Shown here piece by piece: positions 33,115-40,878 of a stretch of DNA of 40,878 bases. The position numbers were made by a program, and so were the translations under genes. The stretch's first letter is position 1. Each line of letters begins with the position of its first letter. The stretch covers positions 1 through 40,878 of the IMG/VR virus record IMGVR_UViG_2713896799_000014; one strand, given 5' to 3'. The notes below the pieces were generated by a model that ran no database searches, was not told the origin of the DNA, and saw nothing but the letters and a program-made list of their open reading frames with translations. This stretch comes from a virus (lineage: Duplodnaviria > Heunggongvirae > Uroviricota > Caudoviricetes).

Positions 33115-33447
33115 ATGGATGCACAAACACGCCGCCGCGAACGTCGCGCAGAGAAACAGGCTCAATGGAAAGCAGCAAATCCCCTGTTGGTTGGGGTAAG
33201 CGCAAAACCAGTTAACCGCCCTATTCTCTCGCTGAATCGCAAACCGAAATCACGAGTAGAAAGCGCACTGAATCCGATAGACCTTACAGTGCTGGCTGAA
33301 TACCACGAACAGATTGAAAGCAACCTGCAACGTATTGAACGCAAGAATCAGCGCACATGGTACAGCAAGCCACGCAGTGAAATGGGTGTGACATGCTCAG
33401 GCCGCCAGAAGCAACGCGGAAAATCAATTCCGGCTTATTACGATTGA
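33115..33447 (+). CDS. N: Antiterminator N
   Basis: MDAQTRRRERRAEKQAQWKAANPLLVGVSAKPVNRPILSLNRKPKSRVESALNPIDL matches lambda N incl. arginine-rich motif. Confidence 0.9.
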   Translation: MDAQTRRRERRAEKQAQWKAANPLLVGVSAKPVNRPILSLNRKPKSRVESALNPIDLTVLAEYHEQIESNLQRIERKNQRTWYSKPRSEMGVTCSGRQKQRGKSIPAYYD

Positions 33448-33649
33448 GGTAGTCATGCTCAAGAAAGTCAAACGCCGACTTTACAAAGAAGGTAGATATT
33501 CATGCCAATTGCCAAAATGCGACACAGCAAAATGGAGTGTCGACGATTGGTGTAACTGGATAGATAGATACGGAACTTGGTGGGATAAATAACAGGTAAC
33601 TTAAGCGGATTTATTTTCGCAGCAAACCACTTATTTGAGAGGAATTAAT

Positions 33650-34273
33650 ATGTCATCAATTCGCTTAACTACGAGAATGAAAGAGGAAATCGCTCGTAAC
33701 GCTTTAATTAAGTCTGGGGTTTTCACTGAACTTGAAGAAGTAACAAAGTTAAAGAACCAGCTTGCACTTGACGCCAGAGTTATTGCGTTTGGCGGTAAAA
33801 AGAAAACTGAGGAAGTGGATCAGTTATCATCCAAGTTGGTAGCTATAAGTGAAGAACTTGAAAAGATGGGATGTTCATTTTACTCATACGATTTTCGTTC
33901 TACTTCAATTTATCTGACTGTATCTGGAAGAAGGGTTGGATGGCATTCATATGGGAAAGACGGCAACGGCGAAGATATATTGCTTCCTACTCCGACAAAA
34001 GATAAATGCATGTTTGACGCAGAACACAAAATAACAAAAAGGTTTGATGAAATCTGCGCATTGCAACAAAACCTTGAAGCCTTGAAAAAGGATATCGAAT
34101 CAAATGTATGGGCTGCTTTGAACTCAGTCACAACAGTTAAGCGACTTATTGAAGTTTGGCCTGAAAGCAAAGAATTGCTACCAAAAGAAGCAGATAAAGC
34201 AAGTACAGCACTTCCTGCTTTACGGGTAGAAGATTTGAATAAGATGATTGGACTTCCTTCCGAGGCCGCATAG
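33650..34273 (+). CDS. Hypothetical protein, 207 aa; pL-proximal moron
   Basis: ATG with GAGAGGAA RBS; AT-rich; followed by its own terminator; no family recognised. Confidence 0.55.
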   Translation: MSSIRLTTRMKEEIARNALIKSGVFTELEEVTKLKNQLALDARVIAFGGKKKTEEVDQLSSKLVAISEELEKMGCSFYSYDFRSTSIYLTVSGRRVGWHSYGKDGNGEDILLPTPTKDKCMFDAEHKITKRFDEICALQQNLEALKKDIESNVWAALNSVTTVKRLIEVWPESKELLPKEADKASTALPALRVEDLNKMIGLPSEAA

Positions 34274-34288
34274 TCGGCCTTTATTTTT
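34263..34288 (+). terminator. Rho-independent terminator overlapping stop of the 207-aa gene
   Basis: AGGCCG-CATAGT-CGGCCT followed by TTATTTTT. Confidence 0.6.
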
Positions 34289-34407
34289 GGCATAAACAAC
34301 AGAATAAACACTGCACTGTGTATTCATTCCAACGAGTGAATACACGGAGCAATGTCGCTCGTAACTAAACAGGAGTCGACTTGTTCTGATTATTGGAAAT
34401 CTTCTTT

Positions 34408-34433
34408 GCCCTCCAGTGTGAGGGCATTTTTTT
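34408..34433 (+). terminator. Rho-independent terminator upstream of the 138-aa gene
   Basis: GCCCTC-CAGTGT-GAGGGC followed by ATTTTTTT. Confidence 0.7.
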
Positions 34434-34445
34434 GACGGAGGAATT

Positions 34446-34862
34446 ATGGAAATTACAGATATTCTGGTTAATCCAGATAATTACGACCAATTCAATATCT
34501 CTACTCAATCAGTTGATTTGGGATGTGCAACTGTCAGCGCATGGCTACTTAATGGTAAACAGTTGGATAAATGCCTTGATGCACATATGACGGTTAACAG
34601 CTTCCTTGCAGAAAAAACACACTGGCAAGATGCTGGAGGGAAATATGCTGGATGGCTTGAAAGCATGGGATTTGAATATCAATCTGATGAAGGTTGGTGG
34701 AGCCTTATAGCTGTAACGCCTGAGACAATAGAGTGCTTCGTTAAATACTCAAACGACGATGACTATAAACACCAGGTAGATTCTGCGATAGAAAGATATA
34801 AAAGAAAATCATTCAGCCACGAAATATCATCAGTTCTTGATTTCATAGAAGTCTTCAAATAA
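34446..34862 (+). CDS. Hypothetical acidic protein, 138 aa
   Basis: ORF with GACGGAGGAA RBS; no family recognised. Confidence 0.55.
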   Translation: MEITDILVNPDNYDQFNISTQSVDLGCATVSAWLLNGKQLDKCLDAHMTVNSFLAEKTHWQDAGGKYAGWLESMGFEYQSDEGWWSLIAVTPETIECFVKYSNDDDYKHQVDSAIERYKRKSFSHEISSVLDFIEVFK

Positions 34863-34946
34863 GCCGCCTAAGCGCGGCTTTACCGCATACCAATAACGCT
34901 TCACTCGAGGCGTTTTCGTTATGCAATCAAACAGAAGGAGCATCCT

Positions 34947-35117
34947 ATGCAACAGTTCGCTATTGCAGGGGCGGCATCGGTTCGCCCTTTCAACCCGATT
35001 TTATCGGTGCAGCATTCACGAAAAAATATTTTAACCGGAGCAGACTTTAAACAACCAAGAATGAAAAGTTTGCTCGAAAAGCTTTGGGATATTTTGAAAC
35101 AACAAGGCCGTCCATGA
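34947..35117 (+). CDS. cIII: CIII-like protein (protease inhibitor)
   Basis: 56-aa ORF with AAGGAG RBS; MQQFAIAG...LLEKLWDILKQQGRP resembles lambda CIII. Confidence 0.55.
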   Translation: MQQFAIAGAASVRPFNPILSVQHSRKNILTGADFKQPRMKSLLEKLWDILKQQGRP

Positions 35118-35284
35118 GTTTTACAGATAACTGGTCAGACGAAGAATTCATTCGTCAGATGAAAGAATTAATCGGTAACGAAGGAGATATTCATGTCACT
35201 TGCAACCACAGTGAAGGAGAGCAAGTTACAGAGACGCATGTACACGCAGCAGGCGTTAATGTATCGCCAGAATGGAGATCGTGA
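35114..35284 (+). CDS. Small hypothetical protein at kil-like position
   Basis: 56-aa ORF whose ATG overlaps cIII stop (ATGA); positional only. Confidence 0.35.
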   Translation: MSFTDNWSDEEFIRQMKELIGNEGDIHVTCNHSEGEQVTETHVHAAGVNVSPEWRS

Positions 35285-35371
35285 AGGTGTTCGCGTCTTT
35301 TTAAATGCGGCAAAGACTGAAGTATTAAATCAGCGTTATTTCCTTGGGCCATGTCCATTCTGAGGTGAATT

Positions 35372-36079
35372 ATGGATTTGAACAAATTCGATGAGCCATT
35401 CAGCCCTGAAGATATCGAATGGCGAATACAGCAAAGCGGTAAAACACGCGATGGCAAGGTGTGGGCTATGGTGCTGGCTTATGTCACGAACAGGGCAATC
35501 ATGAAACGCCTGGACGATGTTTGCGGCAAAGCAGGATGGCGCAATGAATACCGCGATATTCCCAACAACGGAGGCGTTGAATGCGGCATATCAATAAAGA
35601 TTGATTCCGAATGGGTAACCAAATGGGATGCAGCTGAAAACACGCAGGTAGAAGCCGTAAAAGGTGGTCGTTCCGGTGCAATGAAGCGCGCTGCCGTTCA
35701 GTGGGGAATCGGTCGGTATCTGTATAACCTTGAGGAAGGTTTCGCACAAACATCTCTCGACAAAAAGCAGGGATGGCACAGGGCAAAACTCAAGGATGGA
35801 ACAGGATTTTACTGGCTCCCTCCATCGCTGCCGGGCTGGGCAATCCCAGCATCAGATAACAAACCATCACCAGAAAATACCAACCAGAAATCTCCATCGG
35901 TTGACTGCGAACAAATCCTGAAAGACTTCAGCGATTATGCATCAACAGAAACTGACAAGAAAAAACTCATCGAGCGTTATCAGCGTGACTGGCAATTAAT
36001 GGCTGGCAACGAGGAGGCGCAGGCTAAATGCGTTCAGGTAATGAACATCAGAGTTAACGAACTAAAACAGGCGGCATAA
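35372..36079 (+). CDS. Rad52/Sak-family single-strand annealing protein
   Basis: 235 aa with WGIGRYLY motif typical of Rad52-like recombinases; GAGGTGA RBS; immediately precedes ssb. Confidence 0.7.
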   Translation: MDLNKFDEPFSPEDIEWRIQQSGKTRDGKVWAMVLAYVTNRAIMKRLDDVCGKAGWRNEYRDIPNNGGVECGISIKIDSEWVTKWDAAENTQVEAVKGGRSGAMKRAAVQWGIGRYLYNLEEGFAQTSLDKKQGWHRAKLKDGTGFYWLPPSLPGWAIPASDNKPSPENTNQKSPSVDCEQILKDFSDYASTETDKKKLIERYQRDWQLMAGNEEAQAKCVQVMNIRVNELKQAA

Positions 36080-36553
36080 ATGGCAAGCAGAGGCGTAAAT
36101 AAGGTGATCATTATTGGTCGCCTTGGGCATGATCCAGAAATCAGATATTCACCATCAGGAACGGCATTTGCAAACCTTACAGTTGCTACGTCAGAACAAT
36201 GGCGTGATAAGCAAACTGGAGAGCAAAAGGAGCAGACGGAGTGGCACCGCGTGGTAATGAGCGGGAAACTGGCAGAAATTGCCAGCGAATATCTGCGAAA
36301 AGGCTCTGAGGTTTATCTTGAAGGCAAATTGCGGACAAGAAAATGGCAGGATCAAAGCGGACAGGATCGGTTCACTACCGAAGTTATCGTAGGCGTTGGT
36401 GGAACCATGCAAATGCTTGGTGGAAAGCAAGGAAGCAATGAACAGTCTTCACCTCAGCGAAATAACGGCCAGCAACAAAGACAGCAATCTCAGCAGCATG
36501 GGAATCACAGCGAACCACCTATGAACTTCGACGATTCGGATATTCCGTTCTAG
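36080..36553 (+). CDS. ssb: Single-stranded DNA-binding protein SSB
   Basis: OB-fold N-terminus [23 protein letters not shown], Gly/Gln-rich linker, acidic tail ending DDSDIPF. Confidence 0.9.
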   Translation: MASRGVNKVIIIGRLGHDPEIRYSPSGTAFANLTVATSEQWRDKQTGEQKEQTEWHRVVMSGKLAEIASEYLRKGSEVYLEGKLRTRKWQDQSGQDRFTTEVIVGVGGTMQMLGGKQGSNEQSSPQRNNGQQQRQQSQQHGNHSEPPMNFDDSDIPF

Positions 36554-36562
36554 GAGCTGAAT

Positions 36563-37042
36563 ATGAAAATCTGCTCAAGATGCCATCAATAGAAGGAAGA
36601 AAGGGACTTTCAAATCAGAAGAGCATCCAGAGATGGATTAACTGCCGCTTGCCGGGCTTGCCTGGCTGAATACGACAAAGAACGCGCTGGATTGCCACAT
36701 CGAGTATCAGCAAGGAGAGAATATCAATCATCGGAACGCGGAAGAGAACGGTGTAACGCAGCCAAAAAGCGGTTCATTCAGAGCAACCCATGGAAAAGAA
36801 AAGCCCACATCATTGTGGGTAATTTTTTGCGCGACGGTAAGCTAATCCGACCACCAAAATGTGAGTGCTGCGGATCAGAATGTAAACCACAGGCGCACCA
36901 CTGCGACTACAGCAAACCAACCGATGTGATGTGGCTCTGCAAGTCATGTCATGTCGAGTGGCACAAACATAACAAACCTATCTACCCAGACGAGGAGCCA
37001 GTAACCCTCCCCTTCCCTCGTCACGCTATTCACGCAATTTAA
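36563..37042 (+). pseudogene. HNH-like zinc-finger nuclease gene interrupted by in-frame amber codon at codon 10
   Basis: ATG with AGGAG 7 nt upstream, then MKICSRCHQ, TAG at 36590-36592, same frame open to 37042; C-terminal HHCD...CKSCHVEWH. Confidence 0.45.
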
Positions 37043-37055
37043 TCAGGAGAAAATC

Positions 37056-37352
37056 ATGCCAGCGCCTCTGTATGGTGCGGACGACGCGCGCCGCTGTTCC
37101 GGCAATTCCGTATTGGAGGTGCTGGAAAATATCAAAAACAATTTCGATGCATTTCTTACTCTGCCACCAGAAACAAAAGCGGAACGGATGTACCGACGCG
37201 ATATACAACTCGCGCTAAAACAGGAGAAGGACCGAACAAACGAAACAGCAATGAGACCGTTGCGAAAAGCGACAATAGACAAATTCCCTGAATATATCGA
37301 CCCACGCCTGCGTAATTACCGCTCACGCTATGGCGCTATCAGTAATGACTGA
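37056..37352 (+). CDS. Hypothetical protein, 98 aa
   Basis: ORF with CAGGAGAAAA RBS in the early-left operon. Confidence 0.5.
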   Translation: MPAPLYGADDARRCSGNSVLEVLENIKNNFDAFLTLPPETKAERMYRRDIQLALKQEKDRTNETAMRPLRKATIDKFPEYIDPRLRNYRSRYGAISND

Positions 37353-37362
37353 GGAATTTACC

Positions 37363-37530
37363 ATGAGAGGACTTGCATACAATCCCGGCATTCTTCCGGC
37401 AGAAATGATTATTCGCCAACGCGTAAAGACAATGCCATCGAGAGAGGAATCACTTAAGCGAAACTCGTTTCCATCAGTGAATCAGAACAAATATCTGAAT
37501 GCGATGTGGCGTAAAGGAGGCAACCAGTGA
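37363..37530 (+). CDS. Small hypothetical protein
   Basis: 55-aa ORF from MRGLAYNPG with GAGGAA RBS; stop overlaps next GTG start. Confidence 0.4.
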   Translation: MRGLAYNPGILPAEMIIRQRVKTMPSREESLKRNSFPSVNQNKYLNAMWRKGGNQ

Positions 37531-38171
37531 GCAACCGTTTTTACATGATGTGTTTGCGTGAAACTGTGGGTAATAACGCCTCATTCCATTGCCATAACGG
37601 CAATGGTTACAGTTCTGATATCGATCGCGCTCATGTTTACACGCTGGAAGAAGCCCTAAAAGCCTGGAATTGTGGGCGAGATATCGATCAGCCTGTTTGT
37701 GCCGATAGTGTGGATGCAATGGCTGTGTGGCACGTTGATTGCCAGTACATCCCTACAGAAAGCCTGATTGAGTCAGATTGCACTGCGTATGTAGCCTACA
37801 AAAAAGGTAGCTGGAACGGCAACGATGTTTACTGGCTTCAACACGGTGGATTGCCAACAGATGACTTCAGTAAAGCGACCATCTTTAGCGTCGCCAACAA
37901 AAACGAACCAGGAATAGTTTGGTTGCCATTTTCCATCGCCGATGCAGCAAAGCGCCGGACGTTCAATATCAATAACTTTAACCGCAGAACAATGGTTCAG
38001 GGCGCAGGTTTGGTCATGCCTGACTGGTTGAAAGAGCAGAACAGAAGAAAGAAGTCGCGAAGCGGGAAGGTGCGTTGGAATTGTCCGCATTGCGGAAAAA
38101 TCACCTGGCAGTACAGCCCATATGATTTTGAAGGCTGTAGTGATTACAACTGTGAAGGATGGCGAGAATGA
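37527..38171 (+). CDS. Hypothetical Cys-rich protein, 214 aa
   Basis: GTG start after AAAGGAGG; several Cys/His clusters incl. C-terminal CPHCG...CEGW. Confidence 0.55.
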   Translation: MSNRFYMMCLRETVGNNASFHCHNGNGYSSDIDRAHVYTLEEALKAWNCGRDIDQPVCADSVDAMAVWHVDCQYIPTESLIESDCTAYVAYKKGSWNGNDVYWLQHGGLPTDDFSKATIFSVANKNEPGIVWLPFSIADAAKRRTFNINNFNRRTMVQGAGLVMPDWLKEQNRRKKSRSGKVRWNCPHCGKITWQYSPYDFEGCSDYNCEGWRE

Positions 38172-38635
38172 CAATTGACTATCAGGCACTGCGTGAGGCG
38201 GCAGAACGTGCAACTCCAGCAATGGAACGCCTGTTAATGTTGCCAGTTGATGATGATTTGTTAAGTGAACAGGAGCTTAAAGATTACGGTGTGGATATTG
38301 ATGCGCTCAACGCCTTCAAATTTCTGACCGGACCAGAAACCGTGCTGGCGCTGCTGGATGAACGGGAAAGAAACCAGCAATACATCAAACGCCGCGACCA
38401 GGAGAACGAGGATATTGCGCTAACGGTAGGGAAACTGCGTGTTGAGCTGGAAGCCGCAGAGAAGCGGATTGCTGACATGGAGGCGCGGGAGGTTGTACTG
38501 CCGCGTGCGCACGATGTTCACCCATTAGGGCCGCAGTCGGCGAAAATTTTTTGTGAGTTTCACCGGAGTATCGTGAACAGATGCGCCGATGAGATTCGCA
38601 AGGTTGGCGTCAAAGTCAGCATCAAGGGGAATTAG
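38168..38635 (+). CDS. Ead/Ea22-like protein
   Basis: ATG overlaps upstream stop (ATGA); coiled-coil-rich sequence resembling prophage Ead/Ea22-family proteins. Confidence 0.5.
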   Translation: MTIDYQALREAAERATPAMERLLMLPVDDDLLSEQELKDYGVDIDALNAFKFLTGPETVLALLDERERNQQYIKRRDQENEDIALTVGKLRVELEAAEKRIADMEAREVVLPRAHDVHPLGPQSAKIFCEFHRSIVNRCADEIRKVGVKVSIKGN

Positions 38636-38639
38636 GGAT

Positions 38640-39422
38640 ATGGCTGAACTAACCAAAGAATGGCTGAAGCAAACTATCGCTGAATACGAAGCCAATCGTG
38701 ATGAATTACCGTTTGGACTGGATACCAACAGTGCCATTGAGCTTCAGGCGTTCAAGTTGGCGCTGGCATCGCTGGAAGCAGAACCAGTTGCTTATATTTT
38801 CAAACATCCGGCTGGAAAATTATTCTGGGCTTTAACGGATGAAAGCAATAAAGAGCAATCGGACGTTATTCCTGTTTATGCCGCCCCTCCAGTGCCAGTA
38901 GTACCTGAAGAAAAACCAATGCCTAACCCTCTTAAAATGTACGCGGTTGATGCTGTTGCCGCTATTGCAGAGGTGAGAGGCTGGAACGCCTGCCGCGCCG
39001 CCATGCTTCAGGGTAGCCAACCTGTAAGCCAAACTTACAACTTGCCAGAATTAATCGAAGGCATGGAAGTTTCCATTGATGTAAGCACTTGTGATGCTGA
39101 TTTAGGTAATCGCTATTTCGGCACCGTCACCGAGGCGTTAGAACTTGATACAGCCAAGAATGGTTACATCCTCCTGGTTCAGGACGCAGAGCCAAACTTC
39201 GATGTAAATGGCAACTCTCCGGGAACTCCGGATAGTTGGATTCCGCTAAGCGAAAGGATGCCGGAACCTTATGAATACGTTCTTGTAACTGATGGTTTTG
39301 ATGGCTGTGAGGTTATGCGTGTTAATACAGATGGCTACTGGGGGCCAGCAAAGAGTTTATATCCAGGTAGTATTACCCACTGGATGCCACTGCCAGCAGC
39401 ACCGCAGCAGGAGGTGAAGTGA
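38640..39422 (+). CDS. DUF551-like prophage protein
   Basis: C-terminal WIPLSERMPE...YVLVTDG...HWMPLP resembles the DUF551 module common in enterobacterial prophages. Confidence 0.5.
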   Translation: MAELTKEWLKQTIAEYEANRDELPFGLDTNSAIELQAFKLALASLEAEPVAYIFKHPAGKLFWALTDESNKEQSDVIPVYAAPPVPVVPEEKPMPNPLKMYAVDAVAAIAEVRGWNACRAAMLQGSQPVSQTYNLPELIEGMEVSIDVSTCDADLGNRYFGTVTEALELDTAKNGYILLVQDAEPNFDVNGNSPGTPDSWIPLSERMPEPYEYVLVTDGFDGCEVMRVNTDGYWGPAKSLYPGSITHWMPLPAAPQQEVK

Positions 39423-39424
39423 GT

Positions 39425-39610
39425 ATGAGTGCATCACTAATAACCGCCTTCAATCAAAGTGCAAATCCAAGCAATGAGCAGGTTGTTGTGTTCGGCTGGA
39501 TTGCTGAGTATTTCGAAAGCATTTTCGACGATGAATCCGCTAGGTATTGCAGGAATATTTCTGAATCACTCAAAAATCAGGTTTCTGCTCAACAGGAGGT
39601 GAAGTCGTGA
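39425..39610 (+). CDS. Small hypothetical protein
   Basis: ORF starting just after a conserved CAGGAGGTGAAGTGA junction. Confidence 0.45.
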   Translation: MSASLITAFNQSANPSNEQVVVFGWIAEYFESIFDDESARYCRNISESLKNQVSAQQEVKS

Positions 39611-39819
39611 GCAAGCACATCATCAAATATGACTATCGAGAGGGAGTTAAACTCCCTAAGCACGAGATTGAGACATGGTGCGGTCATCGGCCAGGGTCAT
39701 TCGAATGGCTTTTTCAGGATGCTCAGCATGCGCTATTGAGCATTGAGCAGGGAACGCTGCTTGTTCCTTGCAAGAATTGTCTGGCAGCAATCATCAAAAC
39801 GGCGCAGGAGGTGAAGTGA
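39607..39819 (+). CDS. Small hypothetical protein
   Basis: GTG start within the second junction motif; 70 aa. Confidence 0.45.
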   Translation: MSKHIIKYDYREGVKLPKHEIETWCGHRPGSFEWLFQDAQHALLSIEQGTLLVPCKNCLAAIIKTAQEVK

Positions 39820-40103
39820 TGGACCCCTTCGCGAAATATACGATTATTGACTGGATAGCCTTCCTTCAGGTTTTGCTCATCTGGTTTTATATGGCTTACA
39901 GGAGTGGACAGTGGATTGTCAGTGTAGCCTGTAGCAAGGGATGGCGTTGGTGGAACCGAAAGAATAAAAAAGCACTGGCATTGGATTCGTTTTACGAAGC
40001 ATTCAATCTTAACAGTCTTCGGCCTGGTTCTGTCGTTGTAGTCACCACTCAAAGCGGCATGACGATACAAATTCACAAGCCAAAGGAGGAAGGTCGTGGC
40101 TAA
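39819..40103 (+). CDS. Small hydrophobic protein
   Basis: 94 aa from MDPFAKYTIIDWIAFLQVLLIWFYMAY (one TM helix); ATG within the third junction motif. Confidence 0.45.
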   Translation: MDPFAKYTIIDWIAFLQVLLIWFYMAYRSGQWIVSVACSKGWRWWNRKNKKALALDSFYEAFNLNSLRPGSVVVVTTQSGMTIQIHKPKEEGRG

Positions 40104-40380
40104 CCTGCAACTTGCCGTCAAAGGTGAATACTTCGATGCCATGATTCGCGGGGAGAAAACGGAAGAGTATCGCCTGTGCAATGACTACTGGAATAAGCGA
40201 ATTATGTTCCGGGAATATGACCGTCTGATTATCACAAAGGGATATCCGAAGCGCGACGATTCCAGCCGTAGAATTGACGTCCCGTATGACGGGTATGAAA
40301 TCAAGACAATCACACATCCGCACTTCGGCGATAAACCGGTAAAGGTGTTCGCGATAAAGGTAAATATCGGCACTGAATAA
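40096..40380 (+). CDS. Hypothetical protein, 94 aa
   Basis: GTG start after AAAGGAGGAAGG; followed by tandem terminators. Confidence 0.5.
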   Translation: MANLQLAVKGEYFDAMIRGEKTEEYRLCNDYWNKRIMFREYDRLIITKGYPKRDDSSRRIDVPYDGYEIKTITHPHFGDKPVKVFAIKVNIGTE

Positions 40381-40384
40381 CAAT

Positions 40385-40439
40385 CCTCGCACTCGCGGGG
40401 ATTTCTTTTATCTGAACTCGCTACGGCGAGTTTTGTTTT
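40385..40439 (+). terminator. Two tandem rho-independent terminators
   Basis: CCTCGC-ACTC-GCGGGG + ATTTCTTTT and ACTCGC-TACG-GCGAGT + TTTGTTTT. Confidence 0.6.
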
Positions 40440-40452
40440 ATGGAGATGATAA

Positions 40453-40620
40453 ATGCACTTCCGAGTCACAGGTGAATGGAATGGAGAACCATTCAACAGA
40501 GTTATCGAAGCAGAGGACATCAACGACTGCTATAACCACTGGATGATATGGGCGCAGATAGCACATGCAGACGTAACCAATATTCGAATTGAAGAACTGA
40601 AAGAACACAAAAACGCCTGA
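40453..40620 (+). CDS. Small hypothetical protein, 55 aa
   Basis: ATG with GGAGA RBS; ORF below track cut-off; weak hairpin plus T-run at its 3' end. Confidence 0.35.
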   Translation: MHFRVTGEWNGEPFNRVIEAEDINDCYNHWMIWAQIAHADVTNIRIEELKEHKNA

Positions 40621-40677
40621 TGGCGGTTTTTTATTGCCTGATTTGCAGGTTCGATTCCCTATTCGGAGATAGCACTC

Positions 40678-40878
40678 ATGCAACACGAACTACAACCTGA
40701 TTCACTGGTTGATTTGAAATTCATCATGGCCGATACTGGCTTCGGTAAGACCTTCATCTACGACCGGATTAAGTCCGGCGACCTGCCTAAAGCCAAAGTT
40801 ATCCACGGACGAGCAAGATGGTTATATCGTGACCATTGTGAATTCAAAAATAAGCTCTTAAGCCGCGCCAATGGGTAA
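40678..40878 (+). CDS. torI: Excisionase / recombination directionality factor, AlpA family (TorI-like)
   Basis: 66 aa MQHELQPDSLVDLKFIMADTGFGKTFIYDRIKSGDLPKAKVIHGRARWLYR; matches my recollection of E. coli TorI, the KplE1 excisionase. Confidence 0.85.
   Translation: MQHELQPDSLVDLKFIMADTGFGKTFIYDRIKSGDLPKAKVIHGRARWLYRDHCEFKNKLLSRANG

Overview
Near-complete mosaic prophage integrated at tRNA-Arg(CCU) argW next to host yfdC. The window runs from the left junction (argW, P4-type integrase IntS-like) to the TorI-like excisionase gene at the far right; the right attachment site is presumably just past the window end. Structural and immI modules are P22-like on the minus strand: tailspike, ant/arc/mnt, ejection proteins gp16/20/7, gp14-position protein, tail needle gp26, gp10, gp4, coat, scaffold, portal, large and small terminase. 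The lysis, late-control, nin, replication and N modules are lambda-like, recognised from memory of lambda protein and site sequences: S/R/Rz/Rz1, pR'/tR', Q, NinI/H/G/F/E/B, Ren, P, O with ori iterons, cII, nutR, N, nutL, pL. The immunity core (cI, cro, operators) is not lambda's and there is no rexAB. Best candidate for an undescribed system: an mnt-linked cassette at the P22 sieA/hkcC position (6343-8118) encoding a 239-aa unknown protein, a translationally coupled TTG-initiated PIN-domain nuclease, and a small secreted protein. Other notable items: an unknown gene set just downstream of N, a zinc-ribbon ORF coupled between arc and ant, an (EP)n-repeat gene built on a GGCTCT hexamer array, an HNH-AP2 homing endonuclease at the ninF/ninG junction, two tRNA-like genes between tR' and S, an HNH-like gene with an in-frame amber codon, and a 16-bp copy of the argW T-arm upstream of the excisionase gene. 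All homology calls are from memory and by-eye reading of the ORF track; no searches were run.
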